64,000 bases of DNA, taken from assembly GCA_963782055.1 (NCBI GenBank), contig CAWAIF010000003.1, positions 928,001-992,000 on the forward strand, written 5' to 3'. Positions 1 through 10,174 of this stretch are shown one piece after another. Origin of the DNA: an uncultured delta proteobacterium (GTDB lineage: Bacteria; Myxococcota_A; Polyangia; Polyangiales; Polyangiaceae). Position numbers and translations under genes: made by a program. Positions within the stretch are counted from its first letter, which is position 1, and the number at the start of each line of letters is the position of its first letter. Under the pieces are notes generated by a model. The model was not told where the DNA came from. It did no database searches and saw nothing but the letters and a program-made list of their open reading frames with translations.

Positions 1-2382
1 GTCGACACCCTGGAGCAGAGCGCCTCGCAGGGCCGTCACCTGGACGCCGCGCTGGACGCCGGCCGCCCCTTCCGCCCGCTGGACCGCACCGAGACCGCGG
101 CCTTCCTCGATCACCCCGAGACGCGCGAGCTCTGCCGCCGCATGGAGAAGGCGGGCGTGGACAAGGCGCCCTTCAAGGTGGCGGCGCTGCTCGACGCGCT
201 CGGCCCGGTGCTGCCCCGCCTCCGCTTCTCGAAGGTGGAGGAGCACACCCCCATCCCGGTGTCGCTGGTGCTGGACCTGGGCAACTCGCGCTCCACCGCG
301 GTGCTGGTGGAGCGTCGCGATCAGGGCCTGTTCGCCGTGCCGCTGGAGGTGCGCTCCGCGTCGGACCCCTTCGCGGTGAGCGACGAGACCTTCGACTCGC
401 GCGTCACCTTCCTGCCGAGCGCCTTCGATCGCTCCGTCGCGGCCGTCGCCGTCGGCGAGTGCTTCGCGCGCCCCTCCATCGTCAAGATGGGGCGGGAGGC
501 GCTCGACCGCGCGCTGGAGACGCCCGCGCGCTACCTCTGCACGCTGAGCGGCCCCAAGCGCTACCTCTGGGACGATCGCCCCTCGGCGGAGCGCTGGCAC
601 TACGCGACCGCCATCGACCCTTCGGGCGCCGGCCAGGGCGAGCACAAGCCCATCTTCGGTCGCATCCTGAAGTATCTCGTCGAGGAGAAGGGCGGCCTCC
701 AGCTCCGCGGCGACGGCCCGGCCACCCCGGCCGACCCGCGCTACGCCCCGCGCGCGATGATGCTCTTCGCCCTGGTGGAGATCCTCTCGCAGGCGATCGC
801 GCAGGTGAACTCGGTCGCCTACCGCGCCTTCCAGGGCAAGGAGCAGGTGCCGCGCGTGCTGCGTCACGTGGCGCTCACCTTTCCCTCCGCGATGCGCAAG
901 GAGGAGCGCGACGTCTACGAGGCGCTCGCGCAGAACGCCGCCGCGCTCGTGTGCCACGTGCTGGGCCTTCCGCCGGAGCGCCGCCCCAACTTCGACGCGG
1001 CGAGCGGCGCGTGGGAGCCCTTCCTCTTCGTCGACGAGGCCCTCGCCGCGCAGATGGTCTACGTCTACCAGGAGGTCGCGCACGAGTTCTCCGGCTCCTT
1101 CGAGGAGCTGGCCGGCGTCTACGGCAAGAACGGCAAGACCCTGCGCGTCGCGTCGATCGACATCGGCGGCGGCACCAGCGACGTGATGATCGCCGACTAC
1201 GCGGACAAGCAGCCCGGCGTCGCCACCTCCCTCACCATCAAGAAGCTCTTCCAGGACGGCGTCTCGGTGGCGGGCGACGAGGTGTGCCGCGCGGTGCTGG
1301 AGGACGTGGTCTTCTCGCAGGTGCTCGCCCAGCTCCCGAACGTCTCCGCGCGCACCAAGCTGGTGAACCTCTTCGGCGAGGGCGACGGTGGCCACGGCGA
1401 GGCGTGGCGCAGCCTGCGCGCCAAGCTGGTGCCGTACTTCTGGCTGCCGCTGGCGCGCTGCTTCTGGGCCCTGGCCGAGGGCCGCGAGCCGGAGGGCCAC
1501 GCGGCGGACAAGCTCTACGGCATCAGCGACGTCTTCCGCGCCTTCGACACGCCCTTCTCGCCGTACGTCGTGGAGGAGGTGGACCGCTTCCTCGGCGCGG
1601 TGGTGCCGAAGTTCCCCGGCCTGCTCAACGTCGTCCTCAAGCTGGACCGCGCCGGGGTGGAGGCGAGCGTGCTCTCGGTGCTGCGCGAGCCGCTGCGCAA
1701 GTACGCCGACATCGTCGCGCAGTTCGACGCCGACCTGCTCGTGCTCGCCGGGCGCACTTCTGCCCTGCGCTGCGTGCGCGATCTCTTCGAGTCGGAGATG
1801 CCGCTCCCGCCGCCGCGCATCAAGTCGATGGCGAGCTACGGGGTGAGCGAGTGGTACCCCTCCCGCTGGCAGGAGGGCGGTCGCATCAAGGACCCCAAGA
1901 GCACCGTCACCGCCGGCGCCGCGGTCCTTCACCTGGCGAGCAAGAATCGCCTCCCCGGCTTCATGCTGGACGAGATCGTCCCCGCCGAGATGCACCCCAT
2001 CTACGGCGTCTACCAGGACAAGGAGCCGCACGTCGCGCGCGACACCGAGCTGTTCCGCAAGGAGCGCACCAGCGCGCCGATGCTCTACACCGCGGGCATG
2101 ATGCTCGGCTTCCGCAACGTGGACTCGGAGGAGATGGACGGCTCCCCCCTCTTCGAGGTGCGCCCGGCGAACGCCGACGTGGAGCAGGCGCTGCTGGAGG
2201 ACCGCGTCAACCTGCGCTTCGCCCTGGACGAGTCGGGCCGCATCGCGGTCGCCGACGTGAGCTCGCAGCGCGACGTCTACTCCTTCGGAAAGGACGACTT
2301 CGTGCTCGCGCTGAAGACCATCACGACCGACCGGTACTGGCTGGACAGCGGCGTCTTCCGCAACCTCGGTCGCTACGTCTGA
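1..2382 (+). CDS. srfB: SrfB-like virulence-factor family protein (actin/Hsp70-like fold), 5' end lies outside the window
   Basis: Frame is open from base 1. Motifs LVLDLGNSRS, LSGPKRYLWD, LRVASIDIGGGTSD and DPKSTVTAGA match my recollection of SrfB-family proteins. Confidence 0.75.
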   Translation, partial: VDTLEQSASQGRHLDAALDAGRPFRPLDRTETAAFLDHPETRELCRRMEKAGVDKAPFKVAALLDALGPVLPRLRFSKVEEHTPIPVSLVLDLGNSRSTAVLVERRDQGLFAVPLEVRSASDPFAVSDETFDSRVTFLPSAFDRSVAAVAVGECFARPSIVKMGREALDRALETPARYLCTLSGPKRYLWDDRPSAERWHYATAIDPSGAGQGEHKPIFGRILKYLVEEKGGLQLRGDGPATPADPRYAPRAMMLFALVEILSQAIAQVNSVAYRAFQGKEQVPRVLRHVALTFPSAMRKEERDVYEALAQNAAALVCHVLGLPPERRPNFDAASGAWEPFLFVDEALAAQMVYVYQEVAHEFSGSFEELAGVYGKNGKTLRVASIDIGGGTSDVMIADYADKQPGVATSLTIKKLFQDGVSVAGDEVCRAVLEDVVFSQVLAQLPNVSARTKLVNLFGEGDGGHGEAWRSLRAKLVPYFWLPLARCFWALAEGREPEGHAADKLYGISDVFRAFDTPFSPYVVEEVDRFLGAVVPKFPGLLNVVLKLDRAGVEASVLSVLREPLRKYADIVAQFDADLLVLAGRTSALRCVRDLFESEMPLPPPRIKSMASYGVSEWYPSRWQEGGRIKDPKSTVTAGAAVLHLASKNRLPGFMLDEIVPAEMHPIYGVYQDKEPHVARDTELFRKERTSAPMLYTAGMMLGFRNVDSEEMDGSPLFEVRPANADVEQALLEDRVNLRFALDESGRIAVADVSSQRDVYSFGKDDFVLALKTITTDRYWLDSGVFRNLGRYV

Positions 2383-2408
2383 CCGCCGAAAGCGTGTATG
2401 CTTCAGGC

Positions 2409-3062
2409 ATGGGGAACCATCGCTTTCTTCGTGCACTTTGGCTCTTGCCCGCGCTCGCCGGCGGGGTGTGGCTCTTCGCCTGCGTGGGCGACACCAACAC
2501 GCAGGCCTCACCGTGCGACGCCTACTGCAACGACATCCAGTCGGTCTGCACCGGCGTCGACCAGCAGTACCCCGACCTCGCCACGTGCCAGACCTTCTGC
2601 CGGCAGATGGCGCCGGGCACGCCGGCGCAGGGTGGGGCGGACACCGTCGCCTGCCGCCAGCTGGATGTCTCCAGCGCCAAGGACGCCGTCTCCGACGCGG
2701 AGAAGCACGCCAACTGCGTGGGGGCGGGCATCGCCACCAACTGCGGCGGCTCGCAGTGCGCCGCCTTCTGCAAGCTGAACCTCTCGATGTGCGGGGGCGT
2801 CTCCAGCTACGTGACCGCCGCCGGCTGCGAGGCCGCGTGCAAGAAGTGGGGGACGAGCTTCGACGGCAAGCTGCTCGGCTCCACGGGCGACACGTTGCAG
2901 TGCCGCACCTACCACATGGAGCTCTCGCAGACGGGCACCCCGCAGGACAAGACGACGCACTGCCCGCACACCGATCCTGTGAGCGCGCGGTGCTTCGACG
3001 CCGACGCGGGCGCGGGTGACGGCGGCGGGGACGCGGGCGCCTCCGACGCGGCAGCCGACTGA
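2409..3062 (+). CDS. Cys-rich secreted lipoprotein
   Basis: ATG at 2409 within ORF 459..3062. Signal peptide with LFAC lipobox, two repeats of C-x-x-[YF]-C...G-[AG]-DT-x-x-CR, and a DAG-rich tail. Confidence 0.8.
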   Translation: MGNHRFLRALWLLPALAGGVWLFACVGDTNTQASPCDAYCNDIQSVCTGVDQQYPDLATCQTFCRQMAPGTPAQGGADTVACRQLDVSSAKDAVSDAEKHANCVGAGIATNCGGSQCAAFCKLNLSMCGGVSSYVTAAGCEAACKKWGTSFDGKLLGSTGDTLQCRTYHMELSQTGTPQDKTTHCPHTDPVSARCFDADAGAGDGGGDAGASDAAAD

Positions 3063-3383
3063 TCAGGCGAGCGCCGCGCGCAGGCAGAAGCCGATCGCCG
3101 TCGCGGGCACCGCCGCGCACAACCAGCACACGACGGTGAGGCCGAGCCCGGTCGCGGCGGCGTTCGCGCACCATGCATCGGCCACGCCGGCCTGCTTGCG
3201 CGTCGCGTAGAAGTAGACGGGTAGCACCAGGAAGGGCGAGACGAGCGCCAGGGCCAGGTATCCCCCGAGGGATGGGGAGGAGAAGTCTGTCTGACGGCGG
3301 AGCCGTGCCGCGTCGCGGCGGTAGCCGCGGTCGATGACCATCGTGAGGGTGGCGAAGCCGAACCAGAGGAGCCAGAGGATCAT
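3063..3383 (-). CDS. small membrane protein
   Basis: 106 aa with three hydrophobic segments. GGGAGG RBS upstream of the ATG. Confidence 0.65.
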   Translation of the reverse strand: MILWLLWFGFATLTMVIDRGYRRDAARLRRQTDFSSPSLGGYLALALVSPFLVLPVYFYATRKQAGVADAWCANAAATGLGLTVVCWLCAAVPATAIGFCLRAALA

Positions 3384-3425
3384 GACCTCCCTTCGGCCGC
3401 TCCACGGCGAAGTTGCGTCGACTGG

Positions 3426-3869
3426 CTAGGGGGCGCCCGGACCGCGCTGCAGGATGGGCAGGTCCGGCAGCGCCAGCTCCACCCGCCACTTGCCCTTCTC
3501 CCGCGTGCACTGCACCGTGGCGTGCTCGCTCGGCAGGTCGCCCGTCACCTCCACGTGCGCCACGTCGCCCTCGACGGTGGCGTGCATGCTCTTGGGCCGG
3601 AAGCGCATGCCGAAGCGGCCCTGCGCGAGCATCTCGTACGGCTCGACGTGCCGGCCCTGCACCTGGCTCGCCCGCTCCGCGCGCTCCTCCAGGTTCTTGC
3701 GCGTCGCGCTGCCGAGCAGGCCGTAGGCGGCCTTCGCCTGGTCCGTGCCGCCGCTCTCCATGTCATCCATCCAGGCGCGCAGCGCGCCGTCGGGCGTGGC
3801 GTCCGGCTGCGGGTGCGAGCACGCGACCGCGCCGAGCAGCAGCGCGAAAAGGACCAGGGCGCGCACCAT
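3426..3869 (-). CDS. lipoprotein, possibly NTF2-like fold
   Basis: MVRALVLFALLLGAVAC lipobox and C-terminal REKGKWRV strand. Confidence 0.7.
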   Translation of the reverse strand: MVRALVLFALLLGAVACSHPQPDATPDGALRAWMDDMESGGTDQAKAAYGLLGSATRKNLEERAERASQVQGRHVEPYEMLAQGRFGMRFRPKSMHATVEGDVAHVEVTGDLPSEHATVQCTREKGKWRVELALPDLPILQRGPGAP

Positions 3870-3928
3870 GACGCGAAGGCTTAGCCGAAAAGTGGCGGCC
3901 GCGCGAACCACCTCGATACGATCGCTCC

Positions 3929-4897
3929 GTGGGCAAGGTCTCCCGAGCGGTGCGACTCAGCTGGGACGGAAAAGCGGCCGGTTTCGGCCCCGCGGCGCCG
4001 CTGGCCAAGGCCCGGCCGGCGCCGGAGTGTGTGCTCTCCAGGCCGGACGGCAGCGCGCTCTACTTCGGCGACAACGTGGCGGCCATGGCCCACCTGGGGC
4101 CCGCGCTGGGCGAGAAGGTGACGCTGGCGTACCTCGACCCGCCCTTCCTCACCGGCCGCGTGCACGAGGCCAAGTCGCGCCAGGACGGCGGCCGCCGCGC
4201 CGCCTTCGACGACCGCTGGGAGGACCGCGCGGCGTACCTGGAGGCGCTCGCCCCGCGGCTCTGCCTGGTGCGCGAGCTGCTCGCGCCGCACGGCTCGGTG
4301 GTGGTGCACGTGGACCCCAAGACGAGCCACTACGTCAAGGTGATGATGGACGAGATCTTCGGCGACGCGTGCTTCGCCAGCGAGATCGTGTGGCGCTACC
4401 GCCGCTGGCCCGCCCGCACGCCCAACTTCCAGCGCGTGCACGACGTGATGCTGCGCTACCGCAAGGACGCGAGCGTTTCCCCGCGCTTCGTGCCCCTCTA
4501 CGAGCCGCTCGCCCCGTCGACGCTGGCGACGTGGGGGACCCGCAAGCAGCGGGCGGTGGTCAAGGACGGCCGGCGCCTTCGCTCCAGCTCCACGTCCGCG
4601 CCCACGCCCGGGGTCCCCATGGGCGACGTCTGGGACGTCGGCGTCATCGCGCCGGTCGCTCGGGAGCGCACGGGCTACCCGTCGCAGAAGCCGGAGGCGC
4701 TGCTGGAGCGCCTCGTCGGCGCGCTCTCTGCCCCGGGGGAGATCGTGCTCGACCCCTACGCCGGCTCCGGGACGACCCTGGCGGTGGCCGCGCGCATGGG
4801 GCGGGTCTTCGTCGGTGTGGACGCCAGCCCGGTCGCCATCGAGACCGCGGCAGCCCGCCTCGAGGCGCCCTCCCGCCGCGCGGCGGCGCGGGTTTGA
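3929..4897 (+). CDS. site-specific DNA methyltransferase (N6A/N4C, beta class)
   Basis: Catalytic YLDPPF precedes [10 protein letters not shown] and the SAM-binding [11 protein letters not shown] motif. Confidence 0.9.
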   Translation: MGKVSRAVRLSWDGKAAGFGPAAPLAKARPAPECVLSRPDGSALYFGDNVAAMAHLGPALGEKVTLAYLDPPFLTGRVHEAKSRQDGGRRAAFDDRWEDRAAYLEALAPRLCLVRELLAPHGSVVVHVDPKTSHYVKVMMDEIFGDACFASEIVWRYRRWPARTPNFQRVHDVMLRYRKDASVSPRFVPLYEPLAPSTLATWGTRKQRAVVKDGRRLRSSSTSAPTPGVPMGDVWDVGVIAPVARERTGYPSQKPEALLERLVGALSAPGEIVLDPYAGSGTTLAVAARMGRVFVGVDASPVAIETAAARLEAPSRRAAARV

Positions 4898-4900
4898 GCG

Positions 4901-4916
4901 TGGCAAGTCGCTTGCC
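4901..4916 (+). promoter_or_regulatory. candidate sigma-54 (-24/-12) promoter of the MCP gene
   Basis: TGGCAAGtcgcTTGCC fits GG-N10-GC and ends 33 bp before the ATG at 4950. Confidence 0.5.
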
Positions 4917-4949
4917 TGGCCAGCCTCGGCCCGCGTACCCTCGACCCGG

Positions 4950-6569
4950 ATGAGCTTGTCGGGAAAGCAGCTTGGCGGTGTGTTCGCCGTGCTGGTGATC
5001 GCCCTCGCGGGCGCGTTCCTGGTGAAGGACGCAGGCTCGACTCCCATCCTCGCCGTCATGGCGGTGGGCGTCGTGGCGGCCGGCGCGGTGGTCTACTTCG
5101 GCGGCGGAGCCGCCGCGGAGTCGCTCGATCCCATCGCCGAGGCGGTGCGGCGGGCGGCAGCCGGGGAGACCCCGAAGGCCCCGCAGGGCGCGAGCCAGGA
5201 GGTGCTGCGCGTCTTCGAGGAGCTGGAGGGGCTCGCCCGCGCGCGCCGCAAGGAGGACGGAGACCTCCAGCTGCTTCGCGACCGCGCGGAGGCGTCGGAG
5301 GGCGCCGACCGCACCCTGGGTGACGTCGCCAAGCGCCTGCGTGACGGCGTCTCGGCGCAGCTCCAGAGCATCGAGGTGACCTCGCGGCTCATGCGCGAGC
5401 TCGCGGGCGCCATCCACGAGGTGGCGGCCAACGTGGAGTCGCTCACCTCCAGCGCGGAGGAGTCCTCCAGCTCCATCCTGGAGATGACCGCCACCCACGA
5501 CGAGGTGGCGGAGAACATCGGCGAGCTCGCGGGCAGCGTGCGCGAGACGGTCAGCTCCATCGAGGAGATGGCGTACTCCATCAAGGAGGTCGCCAAGAAC
5601 GTCGACGCCCTGTCGCTGACGGCGGAGGAGACCAGCTCGTCGATGAACGAGATGGACGTCTCCATCGACCAGGTGCAGTCCAACGCCAACGAGACGGCGC
5701 GCCTCTCGGAGGAGGTGGCCCTGGACGCCGAGAAGGGCGCGGAGGCCATCCTCAAGACGATCAGCGAGATCTACCGCATCAAGGAGAGCTCGCAGGAGGC
5801 GGTGAGCGTCATCTCCAACCTGGGATCGCGCATCGAGGCCATCGGGCAGATCGTCAACGTCATCGACGACGTGGCGGAGCAGACCAACCTGCTCGCCCTC
5901 AACGCCGCCATCATCGCGGCGCAGGCAGGCGAGCAGGGCAAGGGCTTCGCCGTCGTCGCCGACGAGATCAAGGACCTGGCCGAGCGCGCCGGCGCCTCCA
6001 CCCGCGAGATCACCGATCTCATCAAGACCGTGCAGGCGGAGAGCAAGAACGCCATCACCGCGGTGGAGCGCGGCGCCCACAACGTCGACCGCGGCGTGGA
6101 GGTCTCCAACGAGGCGGAGCGCGCCCTCAAGAAGATCCTGGAGAGCTCGCAGAAGTCCACGAACATGGTGCGCGCCATCGCGCGCGCGACGGTGGAGCAG
6201 GCCAAGGGCTCCAAGCAGGTCACCGACGCCATCGGCCGGATCGCCGAGACGGTGCAGCAGATCGCCGCGGCCACGGCGCAGCAGGCGCGCGGCAGCGAGC
6301 TCATCATGAAGAGCGCGGACAAGATGCGCCTCATCTCGCAGCACGTGGAGCGCAGCTCGCAGGAGCAGGCCAAGGGCAGCCGGCAGATCACCACGACGAT
6401 CGAGGGCATCTCCACGATGGTCGGCCAGGTCAACGCGGGCCAGCGCGCGCAGACGAAGGTGAGCGAGCAGCTGATGGCGTCCACGCAGCGCATGGACGAC
6501 GCCGTGCGCGGCCAGGACGCGGCGATCGCCAGCCTCGTGGAGGCGGTCGATCGCCTTCGCAACACCTGA
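4950..6569 (+). CDS. methyl-accepting chemotaxis protein
   Basis: Two adjacent N-terminal TM helices. Hairpin-tip motif [40 protein letters not shown]. Confidence 0.93.
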   Translation: MSLSGKQLGGVFAVLVIALAGAFLVKDAGSTPILAVMAVGVVAAGAVVYFGGGAAAESLDPIAEAVRRAAAGETPKAPQGASQEVLRVFEELEGLARARRKEDGDLQLLRDRAEASEGADRTLGDVAKRLRDGVSAQLQSIEVTSRLMRELAGAIHEVAANVESLTSSAEESSSSILEMTATHDEVAENIGELAGSVRETVSSIEEMAYSIKEVAKNVDALSLTAEETSSSMNEMDVSIDQVQSNANETARLSEEVALDAEKGAEAILKTISEIYRIKESSQEAVSVISNLGSRIEAIGQIVNVIDDVAEQTNLLALNAAIIAAQAGEQGKGFAVVADEIKDLAERAGASTREITDLIKTVQAESKNAITAVERGAHNVDRGVEVSNEAERALKKILESSQKSTNMVRAIARATVEQAKGSKQVTDAIGRIAETVQQIAAATAQQARGSELIMKSADKMRLISQHVERSSQEQAKGSRQITTTIEGISTMVGQVNAGQRAQTKVSEQLMASTQRMDDAVRGQDAAIASLVEAVDRLRNT

Positions 6570-6617
6570 CTATTCCTTGCGCCCCGCCCGCGGGGTGGTC
6601 AAATGCGAGGGCGGGCG

Positions 6618-7571
6618 ATGGGGCACGGGCACGACCACAAGCAGGGGCACGATCACGGTCATGATCACGCCATCGAGGCCGGCGGCGGGCACGCGCGCAA
6701 GCTGTGGATCGCGCTCGGCCTGACCGTCGGCTTCATGGGGGTGGAGGTGGTGGCGGGCTTCGCGGCGCACAGCCTCGCGCTGCTCTCCGATGCCGGTCAC
6801 ATGCTCACCGACGCCGGGGCGCTCGCCCTCGCGCTGATCGCCCAGCGCATCGCCGAGAAGCCGCGCACGCGCCTCTTCACCTTCGGCTTCCGGCGCGCGG
6901 AGATCGTCGCCGCCCTCCTCAACGGCATCATCCTCGCGCTCAGCGCCGTCTGGGTGATCGTGGAGGCGGTGCGCCGCTTCGCCGACCCGCCCCACATCGA
7001 CGGCGGGTGGATGCTCGTGGTGGCCACGGTGGGCCTCCTGGTCAACCTGGTCTCGGCGTGGGTGCTGGGGAGCGGCTCCGGGGACAACGCCAACGTGCGC
7101 GCCGCCTTCCTCCACGTGCTCTCCGACGCCGCCGGGTCGGTCGCGGCCATCGTCGCCGGCGTCTTCATCGTCACTGTGGGCTGGACGCGGGCGGACCCTG
7201 TGGTCTCGGTGCTCATCTCGCTGCTCATCCTCTGGGGCGCGTATCGCCTGCTCCGCGACTCGGTCCACGTGCTGATGGAGACGAGCCCCGCCGGCGTGGA
7301 CATCGAGAAGGTGGAGCGGACCATCCGGGCGACCCCCGGCGTGGCCGATCTCCACGACCTGCACGTGTGGGCCATCTCGCAGGGCTTCCCCGTCGTCACC
7401 GTCCACGTGCTGCTCGACGGCGACGCCCACGGCACCGACGTGGCGCGCGACGTGGGCGCGCGGCTGCGCGAGGCGCACGGCATCACGCACGTCACCGTGC
7501 AGCCGGAGGCGCCGGCGCACGACATCGTGCCGACGAGCCGCCTGTCGTCGCGCCGCAGCGCCGCGTCCTGA
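6618..7571 (+). CDS. cation diffusion facilitator (CzcD/ZitB-like) metal efflux transporter
   Basis: His-rich N-terminus, SLALLSDAGHMLTD, NVRAAFLHVLSD and HDLHVW motifs. Alternative start at 6603. Confidence 0.92.
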   Translation: MGHGHDHKQGHDHGHDHAIEAGGGHARKLWIALGLTVGFMGVEVVAGFAAHSLALLSDAGHMLTDAGALALALIAQRIAEKPRTRLFTFGFRRAEIVAALLNGIILALSAVWVIVEAVRRFADPPHIDGGWMLVVATVGLLVNLVSAWVLGSGSGDNANVRAAFLHVLSDAAGSVAAIVAGVFIVTVGWTRADPVVSVLISLLILWGAYRLLRDSVHVLMETSPAGVDIEKVERTIRATPGVADLHDLHVWAISQGFPVVTVHVLLDGDAHGTDVARDVGARLREAHGITHVTVQPEAPAHDIVPTSRLSSRRSAAS

Positions 7572-7574
7572 CGC

Positions 7575-8252
7575 TCAGCGCGGGGCGAGCAGGGCGCGGT
7601 AGGCCTCGTCGCGATCGCGGCGGATGTCCTCCAGGCGTCGCGTGAGCTCCTCGAGCCCCATGCGCTCCACCGTGGCGAGGTTGGTGCGGGCGATGCGCTC
7701 GCGGAGCGGCGGCTGCGGCGGGCCGGCGGTCGCGAGGAACGCCTCCAGCGCGGACACGTCCACGTACTCCGTCCCCTGCGGCGAGCGCCCGCGCACGCGG
7801 TCGAGCACGCTCTCGCGCACGAGCTGCACCGTCGGGTCGGGTGTGCGCCGGAGGAAGGGGATGAGTCGCTCCGGCTGGCGGGTGTCGGCGGGCGCGCTCG
7901 GGTGGAAGGCCGCCATCGCGAAGGGGATGGCCCCTAGCGGATGGCGACGGGCGTCGGCGTCGCGCATGCGCGCGAAGAAGGCGTCGAACGGGGGCCGGCC
8001 CAGGTCCAGGCGCGGGTAGATGAGCAGCGCGACCTCCACCGTCTCGTCCGGGGCGAGCGCGTCGATGACGGCGAGCGACGCGGCGTGGGCCTCCTCCTCG
8101 CCGGCCGCCAGCACGACCCGCGGGTGGACGCGCCCCTCCAGCCGCGCGCGCTCCGCCCAAGGGCAGAGGCCGCACGCCTCCACGATCTCGACCTGATACC
8201 GCGCGTAGACGCGGAGCGCCTCGCGCTCGAGAGGGTCGGTGCGGTCGGGCAT
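7575..8252 (-). CDS. DUF1415-like hypothetical protein
   Basis: GLCPWA, AAFHP and RRTPDPTVQLVR resemble DUF1415 motifs. Confidence 0.6.
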   Translation of the reverse strand: MPDRTDPLEREALRVYARYQVEIVEACGLCPWAERARLEGRVHPRVVLAAGEEEAHAASLAVIDALAPDETVEVALLIYPRLDLGRPPFDAFFARMRDADARRHPLGAIPFAMAAFHPSAPADTRQPERLIPFLRRTPDPTVQLVRESVLDRVRGRSPQGTEYVDVSALEAFLATAGPPQPPLRERIARTNLATVERMGLEELTRRLEDIRRDRDEAYRALLAPR

Positions 8253-8298
8253 CGGGGGAGGATACCGCGCCCTCCGAGTCCGACGCGACTGTCACCTC

Positions 8299-10158
8299 TC
8301 AGTTGGGGATGCAGCCCAGGCCATCGGTGCACTGGCCGTTGCAGCACACCAGGTTGTCGCAGCACACCGTGTTGCCGTTGCAGGTGTCGTTGAGCTGGCC
8401 GCACGGGCCGCCGTCCTGCGGGGGAGGAGGCGCGATCGACTCCACCCACTGCGCCGAGTGGTTGTGGCTGTTCACGTCCTGGAAGGGGAGCCAGAAGGCG
8501 GGGAAGGAGCGGTCGCCGGAGTCCAGCGCCGTGCCGTCGTCCACCAGCACCGCGGCCATCCAGATCTGCGGCTGCGCGCAGTTCTCGTAGGTGGTGTTCT
8601 GCTTGGAGAGGGGCTGCGGCTGGTCGTACGTCGGACCCTCCGGCGGGTAGCAGTTGTCGAAGCCCTTGTTGCCGAGGTGCAGCCCGTAGTCGCGGTTGGA
8701 GGAGAAGGTCACCCAGAGCAGCTTGTGGCCCTTGTACTCCTGCACGAAGGGGCTCCAGCGCGGCCAGGAGTTGGTGAGATCGCCCTGGCCGTTGAGCGCG
8801 GGCAGGTCGATGGGCGTCGGGTTGTTGCCCGCCGGGTAGTGCAGCAGCTTCACGCGCGCGCCGCGGTTGTAGAAGGCGTCGTCGTTGGTCGTCGCCGTGT
8901 TGCCGGGCTGCGGCGCCTGGTCGAAGACGACGAAGGTGCCGTTGGGCGAGAAGGCGGGGTAGTAGTCGTTGTTGCTGCCCGCATCGAGCAGGAGCTGGGG
9001 CGCGCCCATGGCGTTGGTGGAGGCGTCGAAGGTGGCGGAGTACAGCGAGCCGCCGGTGAAGTGGTGGTCGCCGGCCTTCTCGATGGTGCCCGCGGCGGGC
9101 ACGACGAAGACGAGCTGCGAGTCGTCGCGCGAGAGATCGGGCTGGGTCCCCAGCATGCCGCTGGGGAAGGCGTCGGTGGCGAGGAGCGTCTTGCCGTCCC
9201 CGTCGAAGACCTGGAACGACTTGTTCATCCCGGTCTTGAAGGTGCTGGCGATCATCTTGGAGTGGTCGTGGGTGAAGGTCTGGAAGCCCGGTGACAGGCT
9301 CTTGCCGCCGCCGGTCACCACCTTCGCCGGCACCGTGAGGACCTGGGTCTTGACGTCGCCGAACTCGTCGTCGCCGTCCGGATCGTCGGTGGCGAGCGCC
9401 ATGCGCTGCCCGTCGCGCGAGAGGTTGTGGCAGCCGACGCACGTGCCGGTGGAGCCGGCGGTGAAGAAGGGCGTGGGCGTCGGGTCGAAGGTGCCGAAGT
9501 CGTGGCTGTAGATGCCGCCGGTCTTGCCGCCGATGCCGCCGTACACGGCGGACTGCCAGTAGTAGATGCCGCCGGCGAGGTCCTCCTTGGCGAAGCTGAT
9601 GTCCACCTTGGTCTGCGACGTGGAGACGCAGGACCCGTCGACGGTCGCGCGGACGGTCACGGTGACCGGGTCGCCCTCGCGGTTGGTGTTGGCGATGTCG
9701 TTCCAGGCGCCCTGCGGGAGCGTGACGCCGCAGCCGCGGCTCGCGCCGCCGCGCACGTCGGGGACGGGGGCGCACGTCGTCTCGACGCGCACGTCGGTGA
9801 CGCCGTTCTCGAAGTCCACCTCGTAGAGGGTCGCGGTCTGCGGAGGGACGAACTGCACCTCCAGGACGTTCATGTTGGGCGGGAGCAGGATGCCGTCGAG
9901 CGGGTAGGCGACGGTCGCGGGGCCGAGCACCTTCGGGTCGCACTCCGGCGCGGGCAGCGGCGGGAAGTCGGCGCAGCCCGTGCAGGGGTAGTCGGTGTGG
10001 ACCTTGCCGTCGCCGTCGGGGGAGATGCCGTCGGTCGTCCCGTCGGCGCCGCCGTCGGTCAGCTGGTCCGACCCCCCGCTGTCGCCGCAATGAACCAGCA
10101 TCGCCCCGCCCAGACCCAGGGTGATCGCGAGCGCCACGCCGCCGTGCGACTTCAACAT
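8299..10158 (-). CDS. TolB/PD40-like beta-propeller lipoprotein with a CxxCH motif and Cys-rich tail
   Basis: ATG at 10158 with signal peptide and LVHC lipobox. Motifs CVGCHNLSRDG, YYPAFSPNG, NSWPRWSP and WVTFSSNR. Confidence 0.8.
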   Translation of the reverse strand: MLKSHGGVALAITLGLGGAMLVHCGDSGGSDQLTDGGADGTTDGISPDGDGKVHTDYPCTGCADFPPLPAPECDPKVLGPATVAYPLDGILLPPNMNVLEVQFVPPQTATLYEVDFENGVTDVRVETTCAPVPDVRGGASRGCGVTLPQGAWNDIANTNREGDPVTVTVRATVDGSCVSTSQTKVDISFAKEDLAGGIYYWQSAVYGGIGGKTGGIYSHDFGTFDPTPTPFFTAGSTGTCVGCHNLSRDGQRMALATDDPDGDDEFGDVKTQVLTVPAKVVTGGGKSLSPGFQTFTHDHSKMIASTFKTGMNKSFQVFDGDGKTLLATDAFPSGMLGTQPDLSRDDSQLVFVVPAAGTIEKAGDHHFTGGSLYSATFDASTNAMGAPQLLLDAGSNNDYYPAFSPNGTFVVFDQAPQPGNTATTNDDAFYNRGARVKLLHYPAGNNPTPIDLPALNGQGDLTNSWPRWSPFVQEYKGHKLLWVTFSSNRDYGLHLGNKGFDNCYPPEGPTYDQPQPLSKQNTTYENCAQPQIWMAAVLVDDGTALDSGDRSFPAFWLPFQDVNSHNHSAQWVESIAPPPPQDGGPCGQLNDTCNGNTVCCDNLVCCNGQCTDGLGCIPN

Positions 10159-10174
10159 GCCGTCCTCCCTTCCT

